From: Polyangiales bacterium
Lineage (GTDB): Bacteria > Myxococcota_A > Polyangia > Polyangiales > Houyiibacteriaceae
Assembly (NCBI GenBank): GCA_045106895.1
Contig: JBGCFM010000226.1
Coordinates: forward strand, 1 to 20,002
Length of the DNA: 20,002 bases
Reading direction: 5' to 3'
Both the position numbers and the translations under genes were made by a program. This document shows positions 8,811-18,197 of the stretch, piece after piece. The stretch's first letter is position 1. Every line of letters starts with the position of its first letter. The notes under the pieces are model-generated. The model was not told where the DNA came from and did not search any database. It worked only from the letters and a program-made list of their open reading frames with translations.

Positions 8811-11750
8811 CTATGGATTGCGACCGAGGGCGCTCTCCACCCGCGGCGCCAACGCCGCGTCGGCAGCGATGGCCGCCGCGCCAGCAGCCGACGCATCGCG
8901 CCCTCGCCCAAGCGCTCGCAGGGCGCGCGCGCGGATCAGCTGGACCTCGCCGACGTCTTCGTGTCCCGCAATGAGCGCCGTGTCGGCTTCGTAGAGCGCT
9001 TTGTCGTTCTGATCCTTTGCCAGATACACCTGCGCGAGGAGCCGGTGACTCTGCGCGTTATGCGGGTCGACGAAGGGAGCCATCTCGCCAACGCGCAGGG
9101 CCTCATCCCACTCCTCCGCCTCGACCAAGATCGCCAGGAGCGCGGCATTGGAGGCGCGGTCGTGTTCATCGATATTCACGATCCGCTCCAAGGCGCTCCG
9201 CACGCCCGCGGCGTCGTCCTGTGCGCCGGCCACATCCCGAATGCCTTGCCACGCCTCGACGCGTTCGCTGTCGATGGCCGTCGCTGCGCGAAGCTCGGTG
9301 AGCGCCGCCGCCTGCTCCTGGCGACCGAGGGCCGAGCGCGCGAGAAGGAGACGAAGCTCGTACCCATCGCGGCCGCTCTCAACGATGGCCCGGATGTGGC
9401 GTTCCGCGTCGGCTCCTTCTTGCCGGGCGGCGTGAATGCGAGCCAACGTGAAGTGAGCGACGGGCTCCGCCGGCGTGATGGCGAGGGCCGCTGTGGCGGT
9501 CTGTTCGGCGCCAGCGGCGTCCCCCGAGACCAGCATTGCTGCGGCGTGAGCGGCCATCGCTGCCGCGTCCTGGGGGGCGGCGGCGGCGGCAGCGGCGCGG
9601 GCTTCGAGGTCTGTGTAGTTCTCAAAGTCGACGTTAAAATCGTTCGCACGAGCCGCGAGTCGCTGCGTCGCGTGAGCACGGAACGCGCGGTCGAGGGCGT
9701 TGACGTCCATGCCGAGCACACGCTGAAACACCTCTTCGGTGCGTTGCCCTGCGCCCCACGCCCGGAGCATCCGAACAACCTTGTCGAAGCCGTGCTCCTC
9801 CGCGATGTACTTCACGATGCGAGTGCTCGCGTAGTACGCCGTCATCACGCCCATCGCGGAACGCGCGCGGGTGAAGGCGCGGTTCATAAGGCGGAGCGGC
9901 GGCAAGCGGTTCGACTGCAGCGCCTGGTAGAGAATATGGTCCATCTCGCGTTTCCACTCGGGGCGCGCGATGAGCGTTTCGTACTCTGCGAGGCCTTCCG
10001 TGAACCACCTCGGGACATGGTTTTGGGAGAGCTGAATATGGAAGACATGGGCGAGCTCGTGCCAGTCGATCTGTCCCCAGTTGAACGGACCACCCGCCGG
10101 CGAAATTGCCGTAATGACCTTCCCAAAGCAGACGCCCTGAACACCGAGGCGAGGCTCGCCGGTGGTGCGAACCGCGAAGTGGCCAGTGTCGCTGTAGAGC
10201 TCCACCCGGACGGGGCCTTCCGGCGTAAAATCATAGCGACGAACCATGTCGCGATAGGCGCGCGTGAGCGTCTGGGGCACGTAGCGCTCGAGGACTTCTC
10301 GTTCGTCGTTGTGAAAGCGGAACTGAAAAGGTCCCGATGGGACCGTGGTGTAGTTCTGGGGGATGACGTCGTCGTAGAGGTTGAGTGTGTTGAACACTCG
10401 AACGTTGAAGCGGTCGCGACGCCACGCAGAGTGGAGCGCCTCCAGGCCTTCCTCTTCGTCGCCCATACGCAACAGATTGAGGCCGAGTCGCGCGAGCGCA
10501 CCGCCGTCGCGGCTGTTCAGCGCGATGGCCTCTCGGGACTGCGTCACGATGTCAGGATAGCGATGCTCCCACTCGGCAAATTCGCCGATGACCTCGTAGA
10601 ACTCTGAGAACGTCCGGTGACGGCTGAACACTTCGCGGCGCGCAGCGTCATAGGCGCTCTCGTCATCGCTGAGATAACGGACGGCGGCGCGTGTACTAAG
10701 TGCCCGCAGGTCGTTGGGGTCGACGGCAAGGGCACGGTCGAGGTGCGCATCCGCGCCGGCGATATCGAGGTCGCGAAGGGCGATGCCCGCGAGGACGACG
10801 TGAGCCGCAACGAGCTTCGGGTTCACGGCGAGCGCGCGCGCGCAGAGGTCTTCGGCGGCGGCAAAGTTGTAGCTCTGTGCGATGCGAATGCGCGCCATCA
10901 GCGCCAAGGCTTCGGCATGGTTCGGGTTGATGGCGAGGACGTCACGGACGTTCTCTTCCGCGTGGCCCGAGTCGTACTTCGCGAGGAACACACGTGCCCA
11001 GGCGATGAGCGTTTCGATGCGCCCAGCCTGGGCGCGGAGTGATTCGCCAAATGCGTCGTTGGCGTCGCGCGCGGCCCCAAGACCCCAAGCGGCCATGCCT
11101 ACGTAGGCGAGTCCATCGGCTTGATCCGAGATGCGCTCATCGTTGTAGGCCCCGATGAGCATCATGTAGGCGTTTCGAGCCTCCACGCGGCGACCTCGTC
11201 GACTATGAACGTGCCCCAGCACGAAATGAGCGCGATGAGCGTCTGCGTTCGATTCCAGCGGCGCGAGGAGCGCTTCGGCCTCGTCGAGTCGGCCTCGCGC
11301 CATGTGGGCTTCAGCGGCCAGGACCTTCGCGTTCATCGCCGCAGCCGTCGTGCCAGAGCTGAGTGCCGTCGCGAGGCGTACGGTCTCGTCATATTCGCCG
11401 GTCATGAAGGCGTGGCGCGCCGCCAGCCATCGACCGTTGTTTCCAAGGCCCGGAAGCGCTGCGGCGACCTCCTCATAGAAGCCGGCGCGAAACGCCTCCT
11501 CGGCGCTGGCGAGGTCGGTGATCGTTGGCGCTGTCCGCTCGGGCGCTGTGGCATCGGTGCTGGGCAACTCGGGGAGCGGTATCGCTTCAGCGCTCGCGGT
11601 GTCGCGCGGCCCCGATGGGGGCGACTCGGTACCTTCCCCCGATTCCGGCGTCTCACCCGAGCCTTCCTCGGGTGCGGACCGATCGCCACAAGAAGCGCCC
11701 ATCGCGAGAAGAGCCAGGAGAAGAGACATCAGCAAACGCGCCCGAGACAT
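8811..11750 (-). CDS. TPR-repeat lipoprotein with gluzincin (peptidase MA-like) zinc-peptidase domain, 979 aa
   Basis: Start placed at ATG 11750 (MSRARLLMSLLLALLAMGASC, lipobox-like). Many TPR-like units (ALAVNPKLVAAH, VLAINPNHAEAL, ALAVDPNDLRAL). HELAH at 10047-10061 followed by PRWFTEGLAEY and AYYAS; further TPRs C-terminally. Confidence 0.85.
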   Translation of the reverse strand: MSRARLLMSLLLALLAMGASCGDRSAPEEGSGETPESGEGTESPPSGPRDTASAEAIPLPELPSTDATAPERTAPTITDLASAEEAFRAGFYEEVAAALPGLGNNGRWLAARHAFMTGEYDETVRLATALSSGTTAAAMNAKVLAAEAHMARGRLDEAEALLAPLESNADAHRAHFVLGHVHSRRGRRVEARNAYMMLIGAYNDERISDQADGLAYVGMAAWGLGAARDANDAFGESLRAQAGRIETLIAWARVFLAKYDSGHAEENVRDVLAINPNHAEALALMARIRIAQSYNFAAAEDLCARALAVNPKLVAAHVVLAGIALRDLDIAGADAHLDRALAVDPNDLRALSTRAAVRYLSDDESAYDAARREVFSRHRTFSEFYEVIGEFAEWEHRYPDIVTQSREAIALNSRDGGALARLGLNLLRMGDEEEGLEALHSAWRRDRFNVRVFNTLNLYDDVIPQNYTTVPSGPFQFRFHNDEREVLERYVPQTLTRAYRDMVRRYDFTPEGPVRVELYSDTGHFAVRTTGEPRLGVQGVCFGKVITAISPAGGPFNWGQIDWHELAHVFHIQLSQNHVPRWFTEGLAEYETLIARPEWKREMDHILYQALQSNRLPPLRLMNRAFTRARSAMGVMTAYYASTRIVKYIAEEHGFDKVVRMLRAWGAGQRTEEVFQRVLGMDVNALDRAFRAHATQRLAARANDFNVDFENYTDLEARAAAAAAAPQDAAAMAAHAAAMLVSGDAAGAEQTATAALAITPAEPVAHFTLARIHAARQEGADAERHIRAIVESGRDGYELRLLLARSALGRQEQAAALTELRAATAIDSERVEAWQGIRDVAGAQDDAAGVRSALERIVNIDEHDRASNAALLAILVEAEEWDEALRVGEMAPFVDPHNAQSHRLLAQVYLAKDQNDKALYEADTALIAGHEDVGEVQLIRARALRALGRGRDASAAGAAAIAADAALAPRVESALGRNP

Positions 11751-11762
11751 GGGCAGAGCATA
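11751..11762 (-). promoter_or_regulatory. -10 element, probable leaderless start of the TPR-peptidase gene
   Basis: Minus strand TATGCT-ctgccc-ATG(11750). Confidence 0.5.
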
Positions 11763-11851
11763 GCTGATTCCGGGGCTCGGGCCGCTTTGGGTTTTCGCGC
11801 GGTACGGGCGCCGCTTTCTCAACCTTCGCCGCCCTTCGAGGCGTCTGCACC

Positions 11852-11887
11852 TTGAATCGCCCATCGAGCGGTCGTAGCGTGCCCCGC
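11852..11887 (+). promoter_or_regulatory. Sigma70-type promoter for glnS, probably leaderless
   Basis: TTGAAT(11852)-N17-TAGCGT(11875-11880)-gccccgc-ATG(11888). Confidence 0.6.
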
Positions 11888-13594
11888 ATGAGTGAACATG
11901 CTCCAGAAGAGTCCGACGGCCCCGGCAACTTTGTCGCCGATCGCGTCCGCGCTGACCTGGCCTCGGGCGCCAAAGGTGGCCGCCTCCACACACGTTTCCC
12001 CCCGGAGCCCAACGGGTACCTCCACATTGGCCACGCCAAGAGCATCTTCGTGAACTTCACGCTGGCGGAGCTCCATGAAGACGGGCGCTGTAACCTGCGC
12101 TTCGACGACACCAACCCCGAGGCGGAGTCCACGGAGTTTGTCGACGCCATCATCAAAGACGTGAAGTGGCTTGGGTTCGAGTGGGACGGCGATGTGCGTT
12201 ACACGTCCGAGTACTTCCCCCAGCTCTACACCTGGGCCGAACACCTCGTGGAGAAAGGGCTCGCCTACGTGGACGAGCGCGACCTCGAGACGATTCGTGC
12301 GACGCGGGGCGATTTCCATACTGAAGGCACTAACGCGCCAGCGCGCGATTCTAGTCCCGAAGAAAACCTCGCCCTGCTGAGGAAGATGCGCGCAGGAGAG
12401 ATGGCCGATGGCTCGGCGGTGCTTCGCGCGAAGATCGACATGAAGTCGAAGGATCTGAAGCTTCGCGACCCTCTCATCTACCGAATCAAGAAGGTGCCGC
12501 ACCATCGCACCGGCGACGAGTGGCCGATCTATCCGATGTACGACTGGGCCCACGGTCAGTCCGACGCCATCGAGGGCATTACGCACTCCGTCTGCACCCT
12601 CGAGTTCGTCAACCACCACGCCCTCTACGACTGGTTCCTGCAGGCCCTCGAAATCGAGCATCCCCCTGAGCAGATCGAATGCGCCAAGCTTCAGATTTCT
12701 TACACCGTGCTCAGCAAGCGACGCCTCAAACGCATGGTTGAAGAAGGCATCGTCGATGGCTGGGATGACCCGCGCCTACCGACGATCTCGGGGATGCGAC
12801 GACGCGGATACACCGCGAGCGCCCTCCGCTCGTTCTGCGAGCGCCTCGGCGTCTCCCGAAGCGACGGGATCGTGGACATCAGCCTTCTGGAATTCGCTCT
12901 TCGGGAAGACCTCAACGCGAGCTCGCCCAGACGCATGGCGGTGCTCAAACCGCTCAAGCTCGTCATCACGAACTGGGACGAAGACAAAGTCGAAGAGTTC
13001 GAGCTCGACAACATCCCGAATGACGAGGGCGCGGGAAAACGAACGGTCCCCTTTGGTCGTGAGATCTGGGTCGACCGTGATGATTTCTTGGAGGAGGCGC
13101 CGAAGAAGTGGTGGCGTCTCGCTCCCGGGAAGGAAGTTCGACTGCGGGGCGCAGCCCTCGTGACCTGCAACGAGGTCATCAAAGACGAGAGCGGCGAGAT
13201 CACCGAGCTACGCTGCACCTATGATCCCGAGAGCCCCGGCGGAACCGCCGGCGACGGTCGAAAAGTACGCGGCACCATCCACTGGGTGAGCGCAGCGCAC
13301 GCCGTCGACGCCGAACTCCGGCTCTACGACCGCCTCTTCACCGCCGAAAACCCAATGGAGGGCGAGGATTTCCTCGCCCACCTCAACCCGGAGAGCCTCA
13401 CAGTTCTCAAGGGAGCCAAACTTGAGGCCTCTCTCGGCGCGGCGACGGGCGGCGAGCGCTTTCAGTTCGAGCGAGTAGGGTACTTCGCCCACGATGAGGT
13501 GGCATCCACGCCGGAGGCTCCCGTCTTTGTGCGGACCATCGCCCTCCGAGACAGCTGGGCGAAGCTCGCCAAGAAGCTCAAGGCCAAGAGCTAA
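11888..13594 (+). CDS. glnS: Glutamine--tRNA ligase, 568 aa, no C-terminal YqeY extension
   Basis: TRFPPEPNGYLHIGHAK (HIGH), LRFDDTNP, YPMYDWAH, THSVCTLEF, VLSKR, GWDDPRLPTISGMRRRGY, GTIHWVSA, RLYDRLF, FQFERVGYF. Confidence 0.97.
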   Translation: MSEHAPEESDGPGNFVADRVRADLASGAKGGRLHTRFPPEPNGYLHIGHAKSIFVNFTLAELHEDGRCNLRFDDTNPEAESTEFVDAIIKDVKWLGFEWDGDVRYTSEYFPQLYTWAEHLVEKGLAYVDERDLETIRATRGDFHTEGTNAPARDSSPEENLALLRKMRAGEMADGSAVLRAKIDMKSKDLKLRDPLIYRIKKVPHHRTGDEWPIYPMYDWAHGQSDAIEGITHSVCTLEFVNHHALYDWFLQALEIEHPPEQIECAKLQISYTVLSKRRLKRMVEEGIVDGWDDPRLPTISGMRRRGYTASALRSFCERLGVSRSDGIVDISLLEFALREDLNASSPRRMAVLKPLKLVITNWDEDKVEEFELDNIPNDEGAGKRTVPFGREIWVDRDDFLEEAPKKWWRLAPGKEVRLRGAALVTCNEVIKDESGEITELRCTYDPESPGGTAGDGRKVRGTIHWVSAAHAVDAELRLYDRLFTAENPMEGEDFLAHLNPESLTVLKGAKLEASLGAATGGERFQFERVGYFAHDEVASTPEAPVFVRTIALRDSWAKLAKKLKAKS

Positions 13595-13611
13595 GGGTAG
13601 CTTAGTACGAT

Positions 13612-13642
13612 ATCCCGACGTATTTACTCGGGATTGTTTTTT
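13612..13642 (+). terminator. Intrinsic terminator after glnS
   Basis: Stem ATCCCGA / TCGGGAT around CGTATTTAC, followed by TGTTTTTT, beginning 18 nt after the glnS stop. Confidence 0.7.
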
Positions 13643-13704
13643 CGGTATCTTGAAGGCGCCAGGCCTTTGATCCGGGTCGGGCGGCCCGTATCCTCCCGCC
13701 ACGG

Positions 13705-15057
13705 ATGCCGCGCACCCTTCAAATTGGCCAGCGAGTCAGCAGCTACCAAGTTGTCGCTGAGCTCGGTGCGGGCGGAATGGCGGAGCTCTTTCTCGGCGTG
13801 GACGTGCAGCGACGCCCCGTGGCCATCAAGGCTATCCGGCCCGAGCACACCCTGGACCGAGCGTTCATCGAGATGTTCCGCGATGAGGCCCACATCGCGT
13901 CCAAAATCGACCACGCGAACGTCGTTAAGCTGATCGAGACGGGTACGGCGGCGGGGAACCACTTCCTCGTGATGGAGTACCTCAACGGCGTCACCGTCTC
14001 CGCCCTGCTCCGCCGGCTCTACGAGATGGGCCGAACGCTCAACCCCCTCGCCGCCAGCGCCATTGCAATCCGGATGGGACGTGGCCTCCACGCCGCGCAC
14101 GAACTGCGGGACGAAAACGGAACTTCCCTCAACGTCATCCACCGCGACGTCAGCCCTCAGAACATGATGCTGCTGAATAACGGGCATGTGAAGCTCATCG
14201 ACTTTGGTATCGCCAAGGCAGCGGGACGAACGCACCGTACGATGATCGGCGAGGTCAAAGGAAAGCTCCGCTACATGGCGCCGGAGCAGATGACCGGACA
14301 AGAGATCGATCGGCGCGCGGACATCTACGCCCTCGGCGTGGTGCTCTGGGAGACTTTGGCGACGAGGCGTCTCTACGGTGCCGCCACGGACACCGAGGTC
14401 ATGCTCCAAGCGACCAAAGGGGACATCTCACCCCCGGGCGCGTACGCGGATGTCCCCTTCGCCCTCGACCGAGTCGTCATGCGCTGTCTCAAGGTCAACT
14501 CCAGCGATCGCTACGACACCGCCCAGGACTTTGTGAACGCCGTCATCGAGGCTCTTCCGGAAGCGGGGCAAGTCACCGAAGCGACGCTCTCGCGGCTCGC
14601 CTGGGGAGTCGCTGGACGTGACTTTGACGAGCTTGCACGAACGCTCCCCATCGAACTGCCGACGCGAAAGACCATCGGCGGCGGACCAACCTCAGCCGCG
14701 ATTCGAGAGCTGACGCAGATGCTCGACGACGACGTGGAGGCGACGGCCGTCGGTTCACTCGCCGATTACGTCAACGAACCGATCGGGCAGCCTCCACAGA
14801 GCCAGGCAGGAGGACACAAGTTTCAGCCCGGCTCCCTCAGGCCCGTCGCCGGCGCCCCCCAAAGTCCGCCCGCCGCTCCCCCTGCGCATGCGGCCCCGCC
14901 GGCACACGCACCTGCGCCTCGTCCGCCGGCGCCTCCTCCGCCGGTGACTGCAGCAAGCGACCCCTCGGCGGTTCAAACCTGGGCGCTTCGGGCCCTCTTC
15001 GTCGTGCTTATGCTCGGCTCCGCGGCGCTCGCATACTTCGTCACAAAGTCGCTCTAA
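13705..15057 (+). CDS. Ser/Thr protein kinase (HRDVSPQN type) with Pro-rich linker and C-terminal TM anchor
   Basis: LGAGGMAELF, VAIK, HRDVSPQN, DFGIAKA, KGKLRYMAPEQ, DIYALG; Pro/Ala-rich linker; terminal ALFVVLMLGSAALAYFV. TTGATC-N16-TATCCT ends 10 nt upstream of the ATG. Confidence 0.93.
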   Translation: MPRTLQIGQRVSSYQVVAELGAGGMAELFLGVDVQRRPVAIKAIRPEHTLDRAFIEMFRDEAHIASKIDHANVVKLIETGTAAGNHFLVMEYLNGVTVSALLRRLYEMGRTLNPLAASAIAIRMGRGLHAAHELRDENGTSLNVIHRDVSPQNMMLLNNGHVKLIDFGIAKAAGRTHRTMIGEVKGKLRYMAPEQMTGQEIDRRADIYALGVVLWETLATRRLYGAATDTEVMLQATKGDISPPGAYADVPFALDRVVMRCLKVNSSDRYDTAQDFVNAVIEALPEAGQVTEATLSRLAWGVAGRDFDELARTLPIELPTRKTIGGGPTSAAIRELTQMLDDDVEATAVGSLADYVNEPIGQPPQSQAGGHKFQPGSLRPVAGAPQSPPAAPPAHAAPPAHAPAPRPPAPPPPVTAASDPSAVQTWALRALFVVLMLGSAALAYFVTKSL

Positions 15058-15081
15058 CCAGCACCTTCGCCGAGCACGCGC

Positions 15082-16572
15082 TCAGCTCAAGAGCAGAAGA
15101 GCCGCGAGCACGAGAACGGCACCCGCGAGGAGTCCAAGGAGAGCAACGCCTGCGAGCATCGCGCCGCTCATTCGCATGGGCGCCGGAGACTGAGGAACCG
15201 GCGGAGGCACCGCCGCAGGGGCAGGGAGTGGCGCCATCGCAGGCGAAGCGGGCGCCGGCGGCCGTGGAACGAACGCCGCAGGCGTGGTGGCCTGCGGAGT
15301 CCGCCGTGGTGGTGGTGGTGGCGGCGCGAGGGAGACCTCGCGGCTGGCGGTGCCAAACTGCGCCGGTTTCGTCAGCGCGCGAAGCTTGGTCCGTTCGTCC
15401 TCGTCGAGGACTTCGTAGAGCGTGGCCACGGCGATGGCTCCGTCCTCCGCTTCGGCGACGTACTCGGGCGCCGAAAAGATGGCATCGGACACTGAAAAAC
15501 GCGGCGCCATGCTCGCCGCAGGGAGCGTGCTTGAGTCCGCGAATTCGTCGTCGACGGGCTCCGTGTAACGGTTGTAGATGTCCTTGAGCTGGTCGTCGGT
15601 GAATGGGCACTTGGCGCCCTGACCGAGACGCTGGGCCCGCTCATCGAGGATGGGTCGACGTACGGCCCAGAGGAGCCCGCCCAGCTGCGCGTGGTCGACC
15701 GTGGAAGCCTGAGGGAGCGCCTGCCGGAGCTGCTGTCGGAAGATCTCAGCGCTTGCCGGCCGCTCGTCTAGGTTGGACGCGAGGGCCGACATGATCGCAC
15801 TGTCCAGCGCATGGGGAATCGAAGCGAACGCCCCAGGCGGAGCAAAGTTCCCTTCACGAATTCGCGTCATCACCTCGACGTCGCTCTTCCCCTGAAAGAG
15901 ACGACGCATCGTGAGCATCTCCCAGGCCAAGACGCCCAACGAATAGACGTCCGCCCGGCGGTCGATGTCCGAGCGAAGCAGTTGCTCCGGCGCCATGTAG
16001 CGCAGCTTCCCTTTCAGCCCGCTCCCTGCCGCAGTGACATGCAGTCGGTCGCGGGCTTTCGCGATGCCAAAGTCGATGAGCTTCATGTCGCCGCCAACAC
16101 CGAGGAGTACATTCTGAGGGCTCACGTCGCGGTGGATCACGCCGAGGAGCTGGCCGTTCTCATCCGGCGTCTCGTGCGCTGCGTGCAGGCCAGAGCAGAT
16201 GGCGGAGAGAATGCGAACGCTGACCTCCGGCACAAGACGCCGCGAAGCCTCAGCCAGGGACGCGAGGAGCTCCGAGAGCGCGACGCCGAGCACGTGCTCC
16301 ATCACGAGGAAGTAGGTCCCGTCGTCTTCGCCGAGCTCCTCAATTTTCACAACGTGCGGGTGATGAATTCGCGCCGCGATGCGCGCCTCGTCGATGAACA
16401 TCTTTACGAAGCTGTCGTGTGCGGCGAGATGCCTCTTCACCGCCTTGATCACCACATGACGCGTGAACCCCGCTGGGCCGCGACGCGTGCCCAAGAAGAG
16501 ATTCGCCATGCCCCCGGATTTCAGCCTGGCCGTGATCTCATATGCGCCAAGGGTCTGTCCGACTTCAATCAT
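15082..16572 (-). CDS. Ser/Thr protein kinase (HRDVSPQN type) with Pro-rich linker and C-terminal TM anchor
   Basis: LKSGGMANLF, VVIK, HRDVSPQN, DFGIAKA, KGKLRYMAPEQ, DVYSLG; poly-Pro linker; terminal hydrophobic helix AMLAGVALLGLLAGAVLVLAALLLLS. Confidence 0.93.
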   Translation of the reverse strand: MIEVGQTLGAYEITARLKSGGMANLFLGTRRGPAGFTRHVVIKAVKRHLAAHDSFVKMFIDEARIAARIHHPHVVKIEELGEDDGTYFLVMEHVLGVALSELLASLAEASRRLVPEVSVRILSAICSGLHAAHETPDENGQLLGVIHRDVSPQNVLLGVGGDMKLIDFGIAKARDRLHVTAAGSGLKGKLRYMAPEQLLRSDIDRRADVYSLGVLAWEMLTMRRLFQGKSDVEVMTRIREGNFAPPGAFASIPHALDSAIMSALASNLDERPASAEIFRQQLRQALPQASTVDHAQLGGLLWAVRRPILDERAQRLGQGAKCPFTDDQLKDIYNRYTEPVDDEFADSSTLPAASMAPRFSVSDAIFSAPEYVAEAEDGAIAVATLYEVLDEDERTKLRALTKPAQFGTASREVSLAPPPPPPRRTPQATTPAAFVPRPPAPASPAMAPLPAPAAVPPPVPQSPAPMRMSGAMLAGVALLGLLAGAVLVLAALLLLS

Positions 16573-16616
16573 CGTGGGTCGAGCGTGGTCATAGGGTCAC
16601 GCTGACGGCCATCTTA

Positions 16617-18197
16617 CTACGAGCGCCCGCTAAGTTCTTCTTTGATCGTGCGAAACTCGAGGCCAAAGCGCGCTAGGTACTTTCGGAGCCGATCGGCGTC
16701 GTTGACGGACGTGCGTTTCTTCCGGCTCTCGGCGAAGAGGATTCTCCCGGCGGCGCTGAGCGAGGGGGCTGACTCACAAACGCACAGAACGGCCTCCAAC
16801 TGGGCGGAATCGAAGCGATCCAGAGGCTCTGCGACTACCTTTTCGACGCGCCCACCGCCTTCGGAGCTCCCCCAGCGGCTCTCGAGCCGCGTCACCTCCG
16901 CCTCCACATCGGGCGGGCCGAGGCGCGCTCCGTCGGCGAGGGTCCCCATGCGCCGAATCGCGGCACCAAAGTCGCGAAAATTCCGAGGCCACGGGGCGGA
17001 GTAGGCGAAATCCAAAAACCGTCGTCGTCCCTCCGCATTGAATCGAAGGGCCCTCCCCAAAGCCGAGCCCACCCGCTCCAGCTCGAACTCAAGGTTGGGT
17101 TCAATGTCCTCGCGGCGGGCGGCGAGCCCAGGCAGCTCGAAGGTCCAGAGGTCGAGACGCGCCAAGAGGTCTTCTCGGAACTCACCTTTCCGTACACGCT
17201 CGTGAAGCGTCCGGTTGGTCCCGGCGATGAGCTGAAAGCGGCTGCTCTCTTCCCGGTCTGAGCCCACGGGCAAGAACGTCTTTTGTTCGATGGCGCGAAG
17301 AAGCATCGCTTGCTCATCGAGACCGAGCTCCCCCACCTCATCGAGGAAGAGCAACCCTCCGTCCGCCGTTTTCAAGAGCCCCGGGCGGTCCTTCTGCGCG
17401 CCGGTGAACGCGCCTTTGCGATGGCCAAAGAGCGCGCTCATCGCTTGGTCGCCGCGAATCGTGGCGCAGTTCACCTCGACGAGGGGGCCTTTCAAACCGC
17501 GGCGCTTCTTGAGCTGGTAGATACGCCGCGCCAGGTCACTTTTGCCCGCGCCCGTCGGACCGAGCAAGAGCAGTGGATCCGTCGATGCCTGTGCAACACG
17601 CTCGATGCGATCGATCATCGCGTTGAACGCTTCGTTCTTCGTTTGAATTCCTCCCTTGAGGAACGTCGTCCCTTCTTGGCGCTCTGCCTCAAATCGACGG
17701 GCGAGCAGATCGTAGCGAGCGAGGTCGAGGTCGATGATCGAGAATTCGCCGTTTCCTCCGGTACCACGCGGGCGCGGCGGTGACGTCTGAAAGAGACGAC
17801 CAGGAAGACGCCCAGACTCCGTCAACAAAAAGAGGCAGATCTGCGCGACGTGCGTACCCGTCGTCATGTGGACGAGGTAGTCCTCCTCCGCGCGAAACTC
17901 GTACCCTCGGACGAAGTCGTGGAGCGCCCCATACACCGCTTCGAAGTCCCACGGGTCACCGAGCACAATAGGGACGCAGCGAACCTCAAGGTCCGGCGCC
18001 ACCTCTGCGATGTCGCTGGCGACGCCGCGCATGAGTTTCTCGAAGCGTTCTTCGTACAGAATCTCGAAGCGCGTGAAAGGCACCTCGTCGTGCTGCGCAG
18101 CCGCGATGGTGGGTCGCCATCGGTCCCACCGCGAGGCGGAGCGGCCGCCGTCGAGGTTGGTCCCCAAGAAGCCGATCAGGACGTTGTCGCGGGCCAT
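16617..18197 (-). CDS. rtcR: RtcR, sigma54-dependent RNA-repair transcriptional activator (CARF-AAA+-HTH), 526 aa
   Basis: RtcR-specific N-terminus VLIGFLGTNLD...RWDRWRPT, DPWDFEAVYGALHDF, YLVHMTTGTHVAQICLFLL, IIDLDLARYD; Walker A GPTGAGKS; GAFTGA; Walker B FLDEVGEL; C-terminus SAAGRILF...NDADRLRKYLARFGL. Start placed at ATG 18197. Confidence 0.95.
   Translation of the reverse strand: MARDNVLIGFLGTNLDGGRSASRWDRWRPTIAAAQHDEVPFTRFEILYEERFEKLMRGVASDIAEVAPDLEVRCVPIVLGDPWDFEAVYGALHDFVRGYEFRAEEDYLVHMTTGTHVAQICLFLLTESGRLPGRLFQTSPPRPRGTGGNGEFSIIDLDLARYDLLARRFEAERQEGTTFLKGGIQTKNEAFNAMIDRIERVAQASTDPLLLLGPTGAGKSDLARRIYQLKKRRGLKGPLVEVNCATIRGDQAMSALFGHRKGAFTGAQKDRPGLLKTADGGLLFLDEVGELGLDEQAMLLRAIEQKTFLPVGSDREESSRFQLIAGTNRTLHERVRKGEFREDLLARLDLWTFELPGLAARREDIEPNLEFELERVGSALGRALRFNAEGRRRFLDFAYSAPWPRNFRDFGAAIRRMGTLADGARLGPPDVEAEVTRLESRWGSSEGGGRVEKVVAEPLDRFDSAQLEAVLCVCESAPSLSAAGRILFAESRKKRTSVNDADRLRKYLARFGLEFRTIKEELSGRS

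Noticed and set aside
8961..10607. 548-aa plus-strand ORF and other long antisense ORFs (298..918, 2754..3680, 3813..4673, 4878..5669, 11819..12661, 13624..14409, 15811..16605, 18515..19789)
   Set aside because: They lie opposite well-supported genes, have no recognisable motifs, and are the expected shadow ORFs of GC-rich codon usage.
11751..11993. N-terminal extensions in the ORF track (TPR protein to 11993, glnS from 11852; likewise 1977, 3719 and 18248)
   Set aside because: The extensions overlap divergent genes or promoter elements; signal peptides, family N-termini and -10/SD positions support the shorter starts.
15300..15326. (GGT)n run as a microsatellite or phase-variation tract
   Set aside because: It simply encodes the poly-Pro linker of the minus-strand kinase, and a triplet repeat cannot frameshift.
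16569..16592. Mini-ORF MTTLDPR overlapping the kinase start (ATGA)
   Set aside because: Only 7 codons with no SD or properly spaced -10; easily arises by chance.
5500..18197. rph, rdgB, glnS and rtcR as one RNA/tRNA quality-control cluster
   Set aside because: They sit in separate transcription units interleaved with unrelated genes, rph-rdgB linkage is ordinary, and nothing in the sequence shows co-regulation.
16617..18197. CARF domain as evidence of a type III CRISPR or CBASS defence system
   Set aside because: It is the standard RtcR sensor domain; no cas genes, arrays or cyclases are present in the window.
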